A stretch of 64,000 bases of DNA from Methanocaldococcus sp. 28A (GCA_049852185.1 CP187540.1), one strand, 5' to 3'. Counted from the stretch's first letter, positions 52,410 to 64,000 are shown. Translations and numbers: made by a program. Notes: generated from the letters alone by a model not told the origin.

Positions 52410-53684
52410 TTATAAATCTCTTGGGTCTACAAGTTCTCCTTTAACAGCACATGCAGCAGCAGTTATTGGTGATGCTAAGTAAATCTCTGCCTCTAATGAA
52501 CCTTGTCTTCCTCTGAAATTTCTGTTTGATGTTGAGACACAAACTTCTCCTTTTCCAAGAACTCCATACAATGAACCCATACAAGCAGAGCATGAAGGGT
52601 TTGTAACAACACATCCATACCTTAAGAACTTCTCAATTATTCCTTCTTTTAAAGCTTTTAAATACTCTTCTCTTGAAGCTGGAGTTACAACAACTCTAAC
52701 ATCATCTGCTATACCACCATGCTTCTCAATGATTTCAATAGCCATTCTTAAATCTTCTAATCTTCCGTTTGTACAGCTTCCTATGAATACTTGGTCTATT
52801 GGTTTTCCTGCAACTTCCCTTGCCTGTTTAACATTATCTACATTGTGTGGGCAAGCAAAAACAGGCTCTATCTTATCAGCTTCAATCTCATAAACTTCAG
52901 CAAATTCAGCATCTTCATCTCCTTTTATTATTTCAAATGGTCTTTCAGTTCCATGTTTTTTCATAGCCTCTTTTACATATTGTATTGTTTTTTCATCTGG
53001 TTCAATAATTCCAGTTTTTCCTCCCATCTCAATAGCCATGTTTGTCATAGTCATTCTTGAAGCAATACTCATTTTTTTGACAGTTTCTCCTCCAAATTGG
53101 CATGCTTTATATGTAGCTCCATCCACTCCTACCTCTCCTATAATTGATAAAATAACATCCTTTGAAGTAACATAAGGTTGTAAATCTCCTGTAATGTTGA
53201 AGTAAATAGTTTCAGGAACTTTAAACCATAATTTACCAGTAGCAAATACGTGAGCCATGTCTGTTGAACCTATTCCAGTAGAAAATGCTCCTAAAGCTCC
53301 ATGTGTGCATGTATGACTATCAGCACCAACAACAACCTCTCCAGGAGCTATATGCCCTTTTTCTGGCAATACTTGATGACAAACTCCTTCTCTAATATCA
53401 TAAAAGTATTTAATACCTTGTTCTTTAACAAATTTTCTCATTAATATATGATTTTCAGCTGCTTTTATACTATCGGCAGGAACTTGGTGGTCAAATAAAA
53501 TAACAATTTTTTCAGGATTCCAAACTTTTTCAATTCCATACTCTTTTAATGTATTGACTGTTAAAGGTCCTGTAATATCATGAACCATTGCCACATCAAT
53601 GTTTGCCATTACAATATCTCCTGGGCTAACATTTTTCTTTCCAGAAGCTTTTGCTAATATTTTCTCTACAATTGTCATTCCCAT
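52410..53684 (-). CDS. leuC: Isopropylmalate/citramalate isomerase large subunit
   Basis: [29 protein letters not shown]. Confidence 0.9.
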   Translation of the reverse strand: MGMTIVEKILAKASGKKNVSPGDIVMANIDVAMVHDITGPLTVNTLKEYGIEKVWNPEKIVILFDHQVPADSIKAAENHILMRKFVKEQGIKYFYDIREGVCHQVLPEKGHIAPGEVVVGADSHTCTHGALGAFSTGIGSTDMAHVFATGKLWFKVPETIYFNITGDLQPYVTSKDVILSIIGEVGVDGATYKACQFGGETVKKMSIASRMTMTNMAIEMGGKTGIIEPDEKTIQYVKEAMKKHGTERPFEIIKGDEDAEFAEVYEIEADKIEPVFACPHNVDNVKQAREVAGKPIDQVFIGSCTNGRLEDLRMAIEIIEKHGGIADDVRVVVTPASREEYLKALKEGIIEKFLRYGCVVTNPSCSACMGSLYGVLGKGEVCVSTSNRNFRGRQGSLEAEIYLASPITAAACAVKGELVDPRDL

Positions 53685-53789
53685 ACTTTCACCATTGATA
53701 TCATGTCTTTATAAGAATAAGTGTGGATATACTTTTAGATTCTAAGTGATATAAAAAAGTTAAAGTTTATAAAAATTTGAGTTTGGACA

Positions 53790-54569
53790 GAGTGTATCTA
53801 AAATCGAGTAATATCTATATATTAATATAATAACAAAATAAAAAATATTGTAGCGAAAAGATGGTACTCTAAGATATATGATATAAACGATATATTAGAA
53901 GTTTTTGGATGAGATTATAGAGGATATTAAAATACCCAAAGAATTGAAGCCAAGAAAATATTCTATCGAACTATTTTAAAATTTCTGTTGTTAAGGAGTT
54001 TTTAGGAATATCGTTAAGAGCGATGGAAAAATTGACAGAGATGTTTTTTGGAGTTAGAATTGACCATTCAGTAATCCATTACTGGGAAAAGAAACTAAAT
54101 AACTATATTATATCGATAGTAAATCAAACTCTTAGGAGATTATAGAGTCTCGATTATGAGAAGACATTTATCGACTCAAAAAAGTTTTCGAATAAAAGTT
54201 GATAAAAATACATCCTATAACTCGTTAAGATTCAGAAAATAAAACATTGTTTCCAATATCTATAAGATTAGACAAATCTGGCTTAGAGTTTGCTTATGGA
54301 GAGAGATATTTTTATAATTATGGATACTCTAAGATACTCTAAATAAAATAGTTAAATTCAACTACAAGCCAATAATAAAGAAAATGAAAAGAGATAAAAG
54401 AGCTATGGTAAAGAGGAATATGCAAGGGTTTCTTCGGAGCTTTAACCAACAGATTCGGAGATAAATTGAATACTTTCTTAACTTCGACTTCTATTACTCG
54501 AATCGCTATTTAAGTTTGCATATATTCTTTAATGAGGTATCGTATGTAAGTCCTATTTTAGACACACTC
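53790..54569 (+). mobile_element. Degenerate IS (IS5-like), both ends present
   Basis: GAGTGTATCTAAAAT / ATTTTAGACACACTC, flanked by ACA on both sides; paralog of 40131-40830. Confidence 0.85.
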
Positions 54570-54744
54570 ACATTTCGTAACATTTACCTTTTTAATAATC
54601 ATCTCTCTTTGGGTAAGGATGGGTTATATAATTCACTATTGGAATTAAACCACATTGGTCTATTGTAATAAAGATGGAGACAAATTCATAGATTTAGATG
54701 TTGATAACATCCATATCATCTACTAAAAATTTTAGTTAGAGGAT

Positions 54745-55833
54745 TTACCACATTGAATATAATATACTCCCAAGAATAATCCACCAAACTAAAAGGGTTA
54801 TTGAGCTCAAAGTTCTCTCATTTATAAATAACTCCAATATCTCTCCAATTTTAGAAATAAATATATTTTTTCTCTCTTTTAATAATTCTGGGAAAGCATT
54901 CCATACGTGAAAGCCGTCTAAAGGCATAGCTGGAAGTAGATTAAATAAAGCTAATAGGAAGTTAAACCAGTAAGTCCAGTATATTGTATTTATTAATAGT
55001 GCTGTGTTCTCTGTTGGGGAAACCATAACCCCAATCTTTCCTTCATCAGAACTAATGATTTTATACGTCAGTATTTTATTATCCCTCAAAACTTTTATTT
55101 CATACTCTTTGTTTGGTTCTATAGTTTTAGCAAATTCTTTAAAATCTTCTAATGAATTTATTTTTTTACCATTAATTTCTAAAATTATATCTCCTTTTTG
55201 CAAAAACTCTGATGCAGGTTCTTTAACATCAACAATTTTTAACTCTGTTGGTAATGTATAACTAAACGATAATAATGGGATAGATATTAAAAAAATCAAT
55301 AAATTTGCTAAAGGTCCGGCTGAAGCAATAGCTCCTTTAATTTTTTTATCTGCATTTTTAAATTCATCTCCCAATTCAACAAAAGCTCCTAATGGAAGTC
55401 CCAATAACAATAAAATTCCAGAGCTCTTAACCTTAATTCCAAATGATTTGGCAAATATACCATGTGCTAATTCATGCACAGAGATTGCTATTAATAGAGC
55501 TATAATCCCAGGAATCCATGGAATTACATCTCCAAACAAAAACACAACTGGTTTTGCAGCTTCTTTTGGAAGAGTTCCTGATATCAACTTTATACTCATA
55601 ACTATTATATTGAAAAGCATAACAAATCCAAGTATTACACATATAGGTATTGATATAATCCCTATTTTCTGCCAAATTTTATACTTCCCTAATTTTTCAA
55701 CTGTTTTCATCCCAATTTTAGTTCTTAAAATTCCAAAAATTCCTCCATAAGTTTTTAAGTTTATTGAATCCCTAATAGCATATAGAATCAGCCAAATTAT
55801 TATTGCCACAATTAAGATGAATTTAGATTCCAT
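54745..55833 (-). CDS. Site-2 protease (M50) with PDZ domain
   Basis: HELAH, AGPLAN, NLLPAMPLDG. Confidence 0.93.
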   Translation of the reverse strand: MESKFILIVAIIIWLILYAIRDSINLKTYGGIFGILRTKIGMKTVEKLGKYKIWQKIGIISIPICVILGFVMLFNIIVMSIKLISGTLPKEAAKPVVFLFGDVIPWIPGIIALLIAISVHELAHGIFAKSFGIKVKSSGILLLLGLPLGAFVELGDEFKNADKKIKGAIASAGPLANLLIFLISIPLLSFSYTLPTELKIVDVKEPASEFLQKGDIILEINGKKINSLEDFKEFAKTIEPNKEYEIKVLRDNKILTYKIISSDEGKIGVMVSPTENTALLINTIYWTYWFNFLLALFNLLPAMPLDGFHVWNAFPELLKERKNIFISKIGEILELFINERTLSSITLLVWWIILGSILYSMW

Positions 55834-55951
55834 AAACTACTCCTCCATAATTTGATTTTAACTAAATTCATAAATAAAAAAAATAAAAAAAATATATATA
55901 ATAGTTGGTATGAATCCTACTACATAAAAATAAAATAATAATGGTGAGATT

Positions 55952-56389
55952 ATGGAAGCTTTAGTATTGGTAGGGCATGGTAGTAGATTACCATACAGCA
56001 AAGAACTTTTAGTAAAATTAGCTGAAAAGGTTAAAGAAAAAAATATATTTCCAATTGTTGAAATTGGATTAATGGAATTTAATGAACCAACAATCCCTCA
56101 AGCTGTTAAAAAAGCAATTGAGCAAGGGGCTAAAAAAATCATTGTAGTTCCTGTTTTCTTAGCTCATGGTATTCACACAACAAGAGATATTCCCAAAATG
56201 TTAGGGTTAATTGAAGATAACCACGAACATCATCATCACGAGCATGAACATGGGCATCATCACCACCATCACCATCATGAACATGAAAAGTTAGAAATTC
56301 CAGAGGATATTGAAATTATTTATAGAGAACCTATTGGAGCAGATGATAGAATTGTTGATATTATAATTGATAGAGCATTTGGAAGATAA
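55952..56389 (+). CDS. cfbA: Sirohydrochlorin nickelo/cobaltochelatase with His-rich insert
   Basis: VGHGSR, PVFLAHGIHT, poly-His stretch. Confidence 0.9.
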   Translation: MEALVLVGHGSRLPYSKELLVKLAEKVKEKNIFPIVEIGLMEFNEPTIPQAVKKAIEQGAKKIIVVPVFLAHGIHTTRDIPKMLGLIEDNHEHHHHEHEHGHHHHHHHHEHEKLEIPEDIEIIYREPIGADDRIVDIIIDRAFGR

Positions 56390-56395
56390 ATTTAA

Positions 56396-56486
56396 ATAGG
56401 ACTTTCGCGGGTATAGATATTAGGAGTTTTGCATCATTTCTTCCTTATTTACCTTAATATAATTAAATAATGTGCGAGAGTTCTAT
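56396..56486. mobile_element. MITE family A copy
   Basis: ATAGGACTTTCG...TGCGAGAGTTCTAT flanked by TTTAA on both sides; internal similarity to the reverse complement of 44676-44769. Confidence 0.8.
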
Positions 56487-56608
56487 TTTAAAAATTATAA
56501 AACATAAAATTATATATTTTATTTTATTGATACTAAAAACACCAAAACTTTTAAACTATTTTTTATCTATTTTTTACAAAATTTTTTGATTTTTATGGAG
56601 GTTGTATT

Positions 56609-57421
56609 ATGTTTGCTCCAGGACATATTACAGGATTTTTCTCAATATATAAACATTATGATAAATTAAAAACAGGTTCTACAGGAGTTGGAATTACTGT
56701 AGATAAAGGAGTAACTTTGGAATTAAAGGAAGGTAATGGAAATGTATTTTACAATGGTGAGAGAGTAGAAATTTGTGTAGTAGAAAAAGTTGTAGAATAT
56801 TATAAAAAATATGGATATAATGGGAACTATGATATAATCTTCTCATCTGATTTTCCTTTAGGTAGTGGTTTGGGAATGTCTGGAGGATGTGCTTTAATAT
56901 TAGCTAAAAAATTAAATGAAACACTAAATTTAAATGAAAATTATGTAGAGATAGCCCATATAAGTGAAGTAGAGTGCGGAACTGGATTAGGAGATGTTAT
57001 AGCCCAATATACAAAAGGATTTGTTATAAGAAAATCTCCAGGATTTCCTATAAATGTTGAAAAAATTGCTGTTGATTATGATTATTATGTCATAATTGAG
57101 ATTTTTGGAAAAAAAGAGACAAAGGAGATTATAAATAATAAAGAATGGATTAAAAAGATAAACAAATATGGAAAAATATGTTTGAATGAACTTTTAAAAA
57201 ATCCTACGTTGGAAAATTTCGTTAAACTTTCATACAAATTTGCAGTAAATACTGAACTAATAGACGAAAAAATTTTAGAAATCTGTGAGGATTTAAAATT
57301 TACAGTTGGAGCTTCTCAATCAATGTTAGGAAATACTTTATTTTGCATTTCAAAAAAAGAAACATTAGATGATGCTCTATCTATTTTAAAAAATCCAATA
57401 GTTTGTAAAATATATTATTAA
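56609..57421 (+). CDS. pok: Pantoate kinase (GHMP family)
   Basis: PGHITGFF, GSGLGMSG, TGLGDV, SQSMLG. Confidence 0.88.
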   Translation: MFAPGHITGFFSIYKHYDKLKTGSTGVGITVDKGVTLELKEGNGNVFYNGERVEICVVEKVVEYYKKYGYNGNYDIIFSSDFPLGSGLGMSGGCALILAKKLNETLNLNENYVEIAHISEVECGTGLGDVIAQYTKGFVIRKSPGFPINVEKIAVDYDYYVIIEIFGKKETKEIINNKEWIKKINKYGKICLNELLKNPTLENFVKLSYKFAVNTELIDEKILEICEDLKFTVGASQSMLGNTLFCISKKETLDDALSILKNPIVCKIYY

Positions 57422-57519
57422 ATTTTATTTAATACTAATTTTTAATATTCAAATATGCTAACATTTAAGTATTCATGGACAAACAGGTATAATAATTGTA
57501 ATAGAAACTTTTAAATATA

Positions 57520-58654
57520 ATAGGACTTTCGCATCCACATTTAAATACTTAGATTAACGATAAACCAATTTCTTCACACAAAGAGATTATGGCATTACCA
57601 ACAGCTATTCGATTTAGTTTTCTTCTAAGTTCGTACCAACTGATATTTTTATCGATTCTAATTTTCTCTAAGAGGTAGAAGGCTCTCATAGAAAGGGAGA
57701 TATGACCTAAAATTGGAAATTTTTTTCTAACGAAGAAATTGCCAGTATTACAGCACTGTTTAACACCCCTATGGAATTCCTCGATTCTCCAAGAGGCGTT
57801 TTTGACCTCTTGGAATTCTTCGAAACTCATAAATAGGTTATTAGTTATATAATATTTTGCCTTTCCGTTTTTGGAAAGGCAGAAGAGTCTGACATAGCCA
57901 ACTTTTCGTAGATAAACGATTAATCCATTCTTAGGAATTTCCTTAAGGTCTTCGATTGATACCCACTTTCCGTTTTTGGAGAGTTTTATCTTTCTATTCT
58001 TTTTAATTCTGCAGAGGTAGAATAAACCTAAACTATCGATAAGTTTTAAGTTATCTTTACTTGAATACCAACTATCGAAACAGATATATCTAATATTTAA
58101 TCCTTTATCCACTAAAGACTTTATTATCTCCCTACATAAATTATTTTTCGTCTTTCCATCTCTTGGTCTGTCATATACTCTAAAATCGATTGGAATAATA
58201 TGTTTTCCATTTGTAATTATGCAATCAACGATATGTATGCCTTTAATTACTCGTTTATGTAGATTACTCCAACAATAATAAGCAAATTCAGTCGATTTAG
58301 AGTAAATTTTATCTATAACAAAGTCATCTATAACGACAATATTATAATCAGGAGTGATTAAATCTTTAACGAAATTAAAAAGCTTTTCTTGTGGGAAGAT
58401 TCCTTCTTCCCAAAGTATTCTATTTATTGTATCGTGAGATATGTCGATTCCGAAAATACGCAACGTTTTCGATAACTCTACACACGAATTAATCTCTGAA
58501 AGTAATATAAAAAGCATATAAACGATAGTCCTCGACATTTTTAGCATATTTTCCCCAAAATAAACTTTTGTTTCGAAAAATTATAATATCTAATAAAAAT
58601 AGATTATCATAAAATATTATAATAAAATATTTAAATATGCTTGCAAAAGTCCTA
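57520..58654 (-). mobile_element. IS701-family insertion sequence, apparently intact
   Basis: Inverted ends ATAGGACTTTCGCA / TGCAAAAGTCCTAT; one intact transposase. Confidence 0.9.
57549..58547 (-). CDS. IS701-family DDE transposase
   Basis: VVIDD, ICFDSWY, WRIEEFHRGVKQ. Confidence 0.92.
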   Translation of the reverse strand: MLKMSRTIVYMLFILLSEINSCVELSKTLRIFGIDISHDTINRILWEEGIFPQEKLFNFVKDLITPDYNIVVIDDFVIDKIYSKSTEFAYYCWSNLHKRVIKGIHIVDCIITNGKHIIPIDFRVYDRPRDGKTKNNLCREIIKSLVDKGLNIRYICFDSWYSSKDNLKLIDSLGLFYLCRIKKNRKIKLSKNGKWVSIEDLKEIPKNGLIVYLRKVGYVRLFCLSKNGKAKYYITNNLFMSFEEFQEVKNASWRIEEFHRGVKQCCNTGNFFVRKKFPILGHISLSMRAFYLLEKIRIDKNISWYELRRKLNRIAVGNAIISLCEEIGLSLI

Positions 58655-59264
58655 TAATAAAAAAGAATTTAATTTTAATTTGGAAAAAATTGAGTATAGA
58701 GGAACATATTGTAGTGTGTGGTTTAAAAAAGATGTGGAAAGTGAATGGCTTGTGGTAGCTAATGAAGATAACTGCATAAATAGTAGATTAGCTGGGTATA
58801 AGTTTATTGATTTTACTTGGTGGGATAAAATATCATTATTAGAAGAAACCAAAAATAGAGTATTTAATGAGATAAAAAAGTTAATAGGTAGTGATTTTGA
58901 GGATAAGTTATATAGATTTGATAAAACCATTCATGTAAAAAATTTTTACCAAGGAACTTTAAAGAACATAGAAGGAATCTCGGAAGATATGAAAGGTAAA
59001 ATATGTGAGATTTGGTGTGAAGCAAATTGGAATGGAAATACAAAAGAATGGATAATGCTCAATGGAAATATGGAAATAAAATTTCATCAACATGTTAGTG
59101 CAGGTGGTGCCTATTATAGTGGTGGTAGATATGGAATATCAAGTAGATGGGTAGGTTCAGAAGCTTGTGCTCAAAATTGGAGATTAACTATGTATTTATA
59201 TCCATACTGCCTCCCATTTAGTATATCTTCTAATTTTGTTCATCAATATCTTGCAATAAAATAA
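58641..59264 (+). pseudogene. Hypothetical Trp/Cys-rich protein, probably the C-terminal part of a gene truncated by IS701
   Basis: The ORF begins inside the IS terminal repeat with no RBS. Confidence 0.55.
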
Positions 59265-59294
59265 ATTATTTTTTTATTTTTAAGAGGGAGATTT

Positions 59295-60125
59295 ATGAGC
59301 CAAACAATTAAAAAACTTATTGTAGGACCATTAATTTATCCATTTTGTAAGGAAAATCTTAAGAATTTTATTATTATTGAGTTAGTTTTAACATTTTTTG
59401 CTTATTGTTATTTAGCAATCCATTTATTTTGGAATACTTTTTACATTTTTTTTATAATGCTAATCTGTTCTTTTTTAATATATTGCATTGAGTTGGGTTA
59501 TGCTACAATGGTTTTTGAGGATTCTTTAAATGGTAAAAATGTCCTTCCAAATGTGAAAAATGTTAAAAGATTACTTATTTATGGATTAAAAGGTTATGGC
59601 TATTCTATATTATTTACAACTATTGTATGGTTTTTAGCAATTGTGATATATTTTATTAAATTTGGTAAAATACTCCCTATATTTAGTATTTTAGATAGGG
59701 TTGAGATTTGGAATTCACTCTATAATATTATTTTAAATGTTGTTTATTTAGTTGGAGTGTTTTTATTTAGCAGTTTAATCTTTGCAGTAAGTTGGAATAC
59801 GATAAACCTTCCAAATCTTTCCGTAAGTTTTTGGAATTATATTTTTATGGACTATATGTATATTTCGATATTTCTATCTTGTTATATATTTCCACTAATA
59901 ATTTTTAAAATTTACTCAAAAATACGTTTTAAAAATTTAATTAATATTGTATCTTCAAAATATATCTTAATTTCTACAATTTGCGGATTATATCTTATGT
60001 TAATTTTTAAATATATTGTATGGGCGGATATTTTTATTAAGGTTCCTTTAATAGCCTATTTATTTATAACAATAGCAAAGATGTTTGGAGTTTATTTTAA
60101 AGAGTTAAAAAAAATAATAAGGTGA
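59295..60125 (+). CDS. DUF4013-like multi-pass membrane protein
   Basis: LIYPF...LGY..VFEDSLNG...LP....LLIYGLK pattern; GAGGGAG RBS. Confidence 0.6.
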   Translation: MSQTIKKLIVGPLIYPFCKENLKNFIIIELVLTFFAYCYLAIHLFWNTFYIFFIMLICSFLIYCIELGYATMVFEDSLNGKNVLPNVKNVKRLLIYGLKGYGYSILFTTIVWFLAIVIYFIKFGKILPIFSILDRVEIWNSLYNIILNVVYLVGVFLFSSLIFAVSWNTINLPNLSVSFWNYIFMDYMYISIFLSCYIFPLIIFKIYSKIRFKNLINIVSSKYILISTICGLYLMLIFKYIVWADIFIKVPLIAYLFITIAKMFGVYFKELKKIIR

Positions 60126-60604
60126 TATTATTAAATTTTTCCAATATTATTTTTTATTTTTTATATGGAATTTTATTCATCATATCATTAAGATTTTGGA
60201 AGATTAAAAAAGATAATTCCTTCTTAATATTGTCTATATTGTGTTTTATAGCATTAATTTTACAATTCTTAAATATAAATTTATATTTGTATATATTTGA
60301 ATTATTTTTAATTATGGGAATTATTATAACAACTCTGTATATTTTGAGAAAAGATAAATTTTTGTTATTTTTGGCAGTATTTGGGTTAATAATCCCATTC
60401 TTACAATTTGATATTCCAAACTGGTTATTTAATATTTTATTACTGCCTTTATTTATCTATATTAAATTATTTGTTCCTAAAAATATGGGTGGAAGTTATT
60501 ATTACAGTCCTTTTATAATCATTCCTCTATCCATGTATGGTTATATACTAATTGGCTTAATAATAAGAACAATTTATGGTTATTTAAATAATTATAAATT
60601 TTAA
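60122..60604 (+). CDS. Hypothetical membrane protein
   Basis: Very hydrophobic; GTG start overlaps the preceding stop. Confidence 0.6.
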   Translation: MILLNFSNIIFYFLYGILFIISLRFWKIKKDNSFLILSILCFIALILQFLNINLYLYIFELFLIMGIIITTLYILRKDKFLLFLAVFGLIIPFLQFDIPNWLFNILLLPLFIYIKLFVPKNMGGSYYYSPFIIIPLSMYGYILIGLIIRTIYGYLNNYKF

Positions 60605-61242
60605 ATTTTATTTTTATTTTCAATTCTAAAAACAACTACTGGAATATTAACAACTTTCTTTTTATGAAATTCATATATTGCAGGAATTCTAAAAAATGCC
60701 TTATATATATGAGTTATTTTTCCTCCTTTATCTTCAACATACTTCATAACAAAATCTTTTGTTGGATAGTTGTGTATGGTATAAATTACATCCCCAATCT
60801 CCAAAGCTTTATCTAAAAATATCCTATCAGCGTGTTTTTTCTGAGCTCCAAAAGGAGGGTTTTGAATAATAACCTTCTTTAAATTTCTATCCTCTCTAAG
60901 CACGTAATCTAAAAATTTATTATCAACATCTCTAATATCCATGCAATAAAAATCTACATCAACATTCAGCTTTTTAGCATTTTCTTTCGCTACTTCTATA
61001 CTCTCTCTATCAATATCTACACCAATAACTCTCTTAGCTCCCAAAATTTTACTACCTATGGCTAATCTTCCAGTTCCACAGCCTAAATCAATAACAACAT
61101 TGTTATAAAAATCATTCATAGCAAAAAATAAAATATCACTTGCTAATTTTCCATCTATTGTATATTGTTCTAAATCTACTTTTGGATTTGGATGCCTTTT
61201 TAAGGAATCTAATATCATCTCTAAATGCTTTTTCTTTATCAT
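60601..61242 (-). CDS. METTL5-like N6-adenine RNA methyltransferase
   Basis: PKVDLEQY, DLGCGTG, QNPPFG. Confidence 0.9.
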   Translation of the reverse strand: MIKKKHLEMILDSLKRHPNPKVDLEQYTIDGKLASDILFFAMNDFYNNVVIDLGCGTGRLAIGSKILGAKRVIGVDIDRESIEVAKENAKKLNVDVDFYCMDIRDVDNKFLDYVLREDRNLKKVIIQNPPFGAQKKHADRIFLDKALEIGDVIYTIHNYPTKDFVMKYVEDKGGKITHIYKAFFRIPAIYEFHKKKVVNIPVVVFRIENKNKI

Positions 61243-61319
61243 TTCTTCACCTAATTAAATATATAGTTTCATGGATATCATTTAATATAAAAAAATATAA
61301 AAAAATAAAATTAATTTAA

Positions 61320-61763
61320 TTATTCAATGTTAATTCCTTTCTTAATTGATGATTCTGCTTTTGGTAATATAATTGATAAAACACCATTTTCAAATTTTGC
61401 AGATGCATTTTCTTCTTTAACAGTTGCAGGAAGTTTTATAGTTCTATAAATCTCTTCTTCTTCAGGTATCTCTGAGTAAATAATTCTTTCACTTTCAGTA
61501 ATCATCAATGGACTTCTTTTAGCCCTAATCTCTAATGTATCTCCAATTGCATTTAAAACTATATCCTCTTTATTAACTCCTGGCAACCATGCAATAACTT
61601 TTATGTGCTTGTCTCCCTCAATAATTGAGATAGGCATAAATCCTTTTCCTGATATTTGAATCCCTGTTGAGCTTTGAATTATTGTTGAGCCTGTTATAGG
61701 TGTTGCAAAGAATTCTTTTAACATTCTTTCAAACAATGTGTCAAATGGGTCTCTTCCAAACAT
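61320..61763 (-). CDS. Small heat shock protein Hsp16.5 (Hsp20)
   Basis: [21 protein letters not shown]-terminal INI motif; the ORF track starts at 61772. Confidence 0.95.
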   Translation of the reverse strand: MFGRDPFDTLFERMLKEFFATPITGSTIIQSSTGIQISGKGFMPISIIEGDKHIKVIAWLPGVNKEDIVLNAIGDTLEIRAKRSPLMITESERIIYSEIPEEEEIYRTIKLPATVKEENASAKFENGVLSIILPKAESSIKKGINIE

Positions 61764-61922
61764 GTCTCCCACCTCTATTTTTTATTCGTCATATAAATTA
61801 TGTTTTTGAAGTTCTATATAAACTTTTTGTTAATCTATAAATTTATATAAACCAATTAAATGTTTATAAATAGGTTTAACATAATTAACAAATTAACATA
61901 AAATCAGATTGAGGGATTACTG

Positions 61923-63164
61923 ATGTTTGGGAAATTAAAAGAAAAGCTTATAAAAACAGCATCAAAAATTACTGAAAAAATATATAGTAAAGGAGAAGCT
62001 GAAGAAGTTAGAGAAGAAAAAAAAGAAAAACCAAAAATTTCACTAACAAATTTATTTAAGAAAGAAGATAAAAAAGAAAAAATAGAAACAGAAATTAAAG
62101 AACCTGAATCTGAAGTTGTAAAAACAGAAACTTCTAAAGTAGAAGGAGTTAAAGAAATTAAAGAAGAAGAAAAAGAAGAGATTAAAACTATATCCGAAAG
62201 TAAAACAGAAGAGAAAAAAATAAGTTTCTTTGATAGATTTATATTAACAAGGACTATTAAGAAAGTTCTTAAAAAAGAAGTAGTTATCTTAGAAGAAGAC
62301 ATAGAAGATGTGTTAGAAGAGTTAGAGATTGAACTATTAGAGGCAGATGTTGCTTTAGAAGTCGTAGAAAAGTTAATTGAAAATATCAAAAATGAATTAG
62401 TTGGTAGAAAGATTTCTCCAGATGATAGTGTAGAAGAGATTACAATAAATGCTGTAAAGAATGCTATAAAAAACATCTTATCCCAAGATAAGATTGATAT
62501 TGAAGAGATAATCAAAAAGAATAAAGCAAAAGGAAAACCAACAGTTATTGTATTTGTTGGAATTAATGGAACTGGAAAAACTACCACTATAGCTAAATTA
62601 GCATATAAATTAAAGCAAAAAGGATATAGTGTTGTTTTAGCTGCTGGAGATACTTTCAGAGCTGGAGCTATTGAGCAGTTAGAGCAGCATGCTAAAAATG
62701 TTGGAGTTAAAGTTATTAAGCATAAAAAAGGGGCGGATTCTGCGGCAGTTATCTATGATGCTATACAGCATGCTAAAGCAAGAGGAATTGATGTAGTTTT
62801 AGCAGATACCGCAGGAAGACAGGCAACAAACACCAACTTAATGGAGGAAATCAAAAAAGTTGTTAGAGTTACAAAGCCGGATTTGGTTATATTCGTTGGA
62901 GATGCTTTAACTGGGAATGATGCTATATATCAAGCAGAAGAGTTTAATAATGCAGTAAATATTGATGGAATTGTCTTAACAAAAGTAGATGCTGATGCTA
63001 AAGGAGGAGCAGCTTTATCAATAGGTTATGCTATTGGAAAACCAATTTTATATTTAGGTGTTGGGCAGAGATATTCAGATTTAATTGAGTTTGATGCTGA
63101 CTGGATGGTTAAAAAATTGTTTGGAGAAGAAGAGTTTGAATTTTCAACTGAAAGAGAATTTTAA
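61923..63164 (+). CDS. ftsY: SRP receptor FtsY
   Basis: Acidic N-terminus, [29 protein letters not shown]. Confidence 0.97.
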   Translation: MFGKLKEKLIKTASKITEKIYSKGEAEEVREEKKEKPKISLTNLFKKEDKKEKIETEIKEPESEVVKTETSKVEGVKEIKEEEKEEIKTISESKTEEKKISFFDRFILTRTIKKVLKKEVVILEEDIEDVLEELEIELLEADVALEVVEKLIENIKNELVGRKISPDDSVEEITINAVKNAIKNILSQDKIDIEEIIKKNKAKGKPTVIVFVGINGTGKTTTIAKLAYKLKQKGYSVVLAAGDTFRAGAIEQLEQHAKNVGVKVIKHKKGADSAAVIYDAIQHAKARGIDVVLADTAGRQATNTNLMEEIKKVVRVTKPDLVIFVGDALTGNDAIYQAEEFNNAVNIDGIVLTKVDADAKGGAALSIGYAIGKPILYLGVGQRYSDLIEFDADWMVKKLFGEEEFEFSTEREF

Positions 63165-63185
63165 TAATATATTTTTTATTATTTT

Positions 63186-63467
63186 TTATTCAGAATATTT
63201 ATCTCTATATGCAGCATTTGCAATTGCATGAGCTAAGAAGGGTGCTAAAATTAGATAAACAAATGCCAAAAGTGGCTCACCTAAAGCTATAAAAATTAAA
63301 AAGCATGCACAATCTATAACACCCAAAATATGTATTCTTGCATAAATGATATTTTCTCTATCTTTTTCTATCCATAATCTATAGGAAGCTAATAAAATAC
63401 CTAATGAAGCTATAAAAACAAGAATGTCATTAACAATCTCAATAAATAGTTCCATAAACATCACCAA
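63186..63467 (-). CDS. MnhG-like membrane subunit (energy-converting hydrogenase B subunit C-like)
   Basis: YARIHILG...PFLAHAIANA. Confidence 0.7.
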   Translation of the reverse strand: MVMFMELFIEIVNDILVFIASLGILLASYRLWIEKDRENIIYARIHILGVIDCACFLIFIALGEPLLAFVYLILAPFLAHAIANAAYRDKYSE

Positions 63468-63540
63468 TTTATAAGGACATTTATAATGATTAATAATGAT
63501 AAATTAAGAGAAGATTTATTTATATGTTTTGGTGAAAGAA

Positions 63541-64000
63541 ATGTTCATAGTGTTTGAAGGTATAGATGGAAGTGGAAAAACAACACAATCAAAAATTTTA
63601 GCTGGAAAGTTAAATGCATTTTGGACATATGAGCCATCAAACAGTGAGGTAGGTAGATTTATAAGAGAAATTTTATCTGGAAAAATAAAGGTTGATAATA
63701 AGAGCTTAGCTTTATTGTTTGCGGCTGATAGAGTAGAGCACACCAAATTAATAAAAGAAGAGCTAAAAAGAAGAGATGTAGTTTGTGATAGGTATTTGTA
63801 TTCTTCAATCGCATATCAAAGTGTTGCAGGAGTTGATGAGAACTTTATAAAATCAATAAATAGATATGCTTTAAAGCCAGATATTGTTTTTTTGTTAGTT
63901 GTGGATATTGAAATTGCATTAAAGAGGGTTAAAACAAAAGATATATTTGAAAAAAAAGAGTTTTTAGAAAATGTGCAGAAAAAGTATTTAGAGTTGGCTG
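63541..64000 (+). CDS. tmk: Thymidylate kinase (partial, runs off the window)
   Basis: MFIVFEGIDGSGKTTQ, LFAADR, CDRYLYSSIAYQ translated by hand. Confidence 0.93.
   Translation, partial: MFIVFEGIDGSGKTTQSKILAGKLNAFWTYEPSNSEVGRFIREILSGKIKVDNKSLALLFAADRVEHTKLIKEELKRRDVVCDRYLYSSIAYQSVAGVDENFIKSINRYALKPDIVFLLVVDIEIALKRVKTKDIFEKKEFLENVQKKYLELA

Noticed and set aside
56220-56286. CAY trinucleotide repeat
   Set aside because: It encodes the His-rich metal-binding loop typical of this chelatase family.

Overview
Very AT-rich archaeal DNA from a hyperthermophilic methanogen of the Methanocaldococcus type (fsr, hdrCB, cfbA/cfbC, selB, radA and GC-rich tRNAs). The left ~7 kb is the right arm of an integrative element inserted at tRNA-Ser(GCT). 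It carries a tyrosine integrase, an MJ0366-like RHH protein, a wHTH-P-loop protein, a DUF2080-like gene, three paralogous wHTH regulators, an iteron-like inverted AGTTGCA array and a SAMHD1-like HD dNTPase paired with a YwgA/SocA-like gene. The rest is core methanogen housekeeping DNA with nine tRNA genes in total. It is punctuated by IS5-like, IS481, IS701 and IS607/tnpB elements, a second decayed integrase at tRNA-His, and several families of small palindromic elements (MITEs). The most notable observations are: a 99-bp IS701-derived MITE translated in frame inside the DEAD-box helicase; a covarying hairpin-cassette family flanked by long variable (24-43 bp) target duplications; a tnpB lacking its RuvC-III aspartate, with an orphan omegaRNA-like copy and an orphan inverted end bracketing hypE; and the element-borne origin and HD-dNTPase cassette. 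No CRISPR array or rRNA was seen. Product calls come from motif recognition only; no database search was run.
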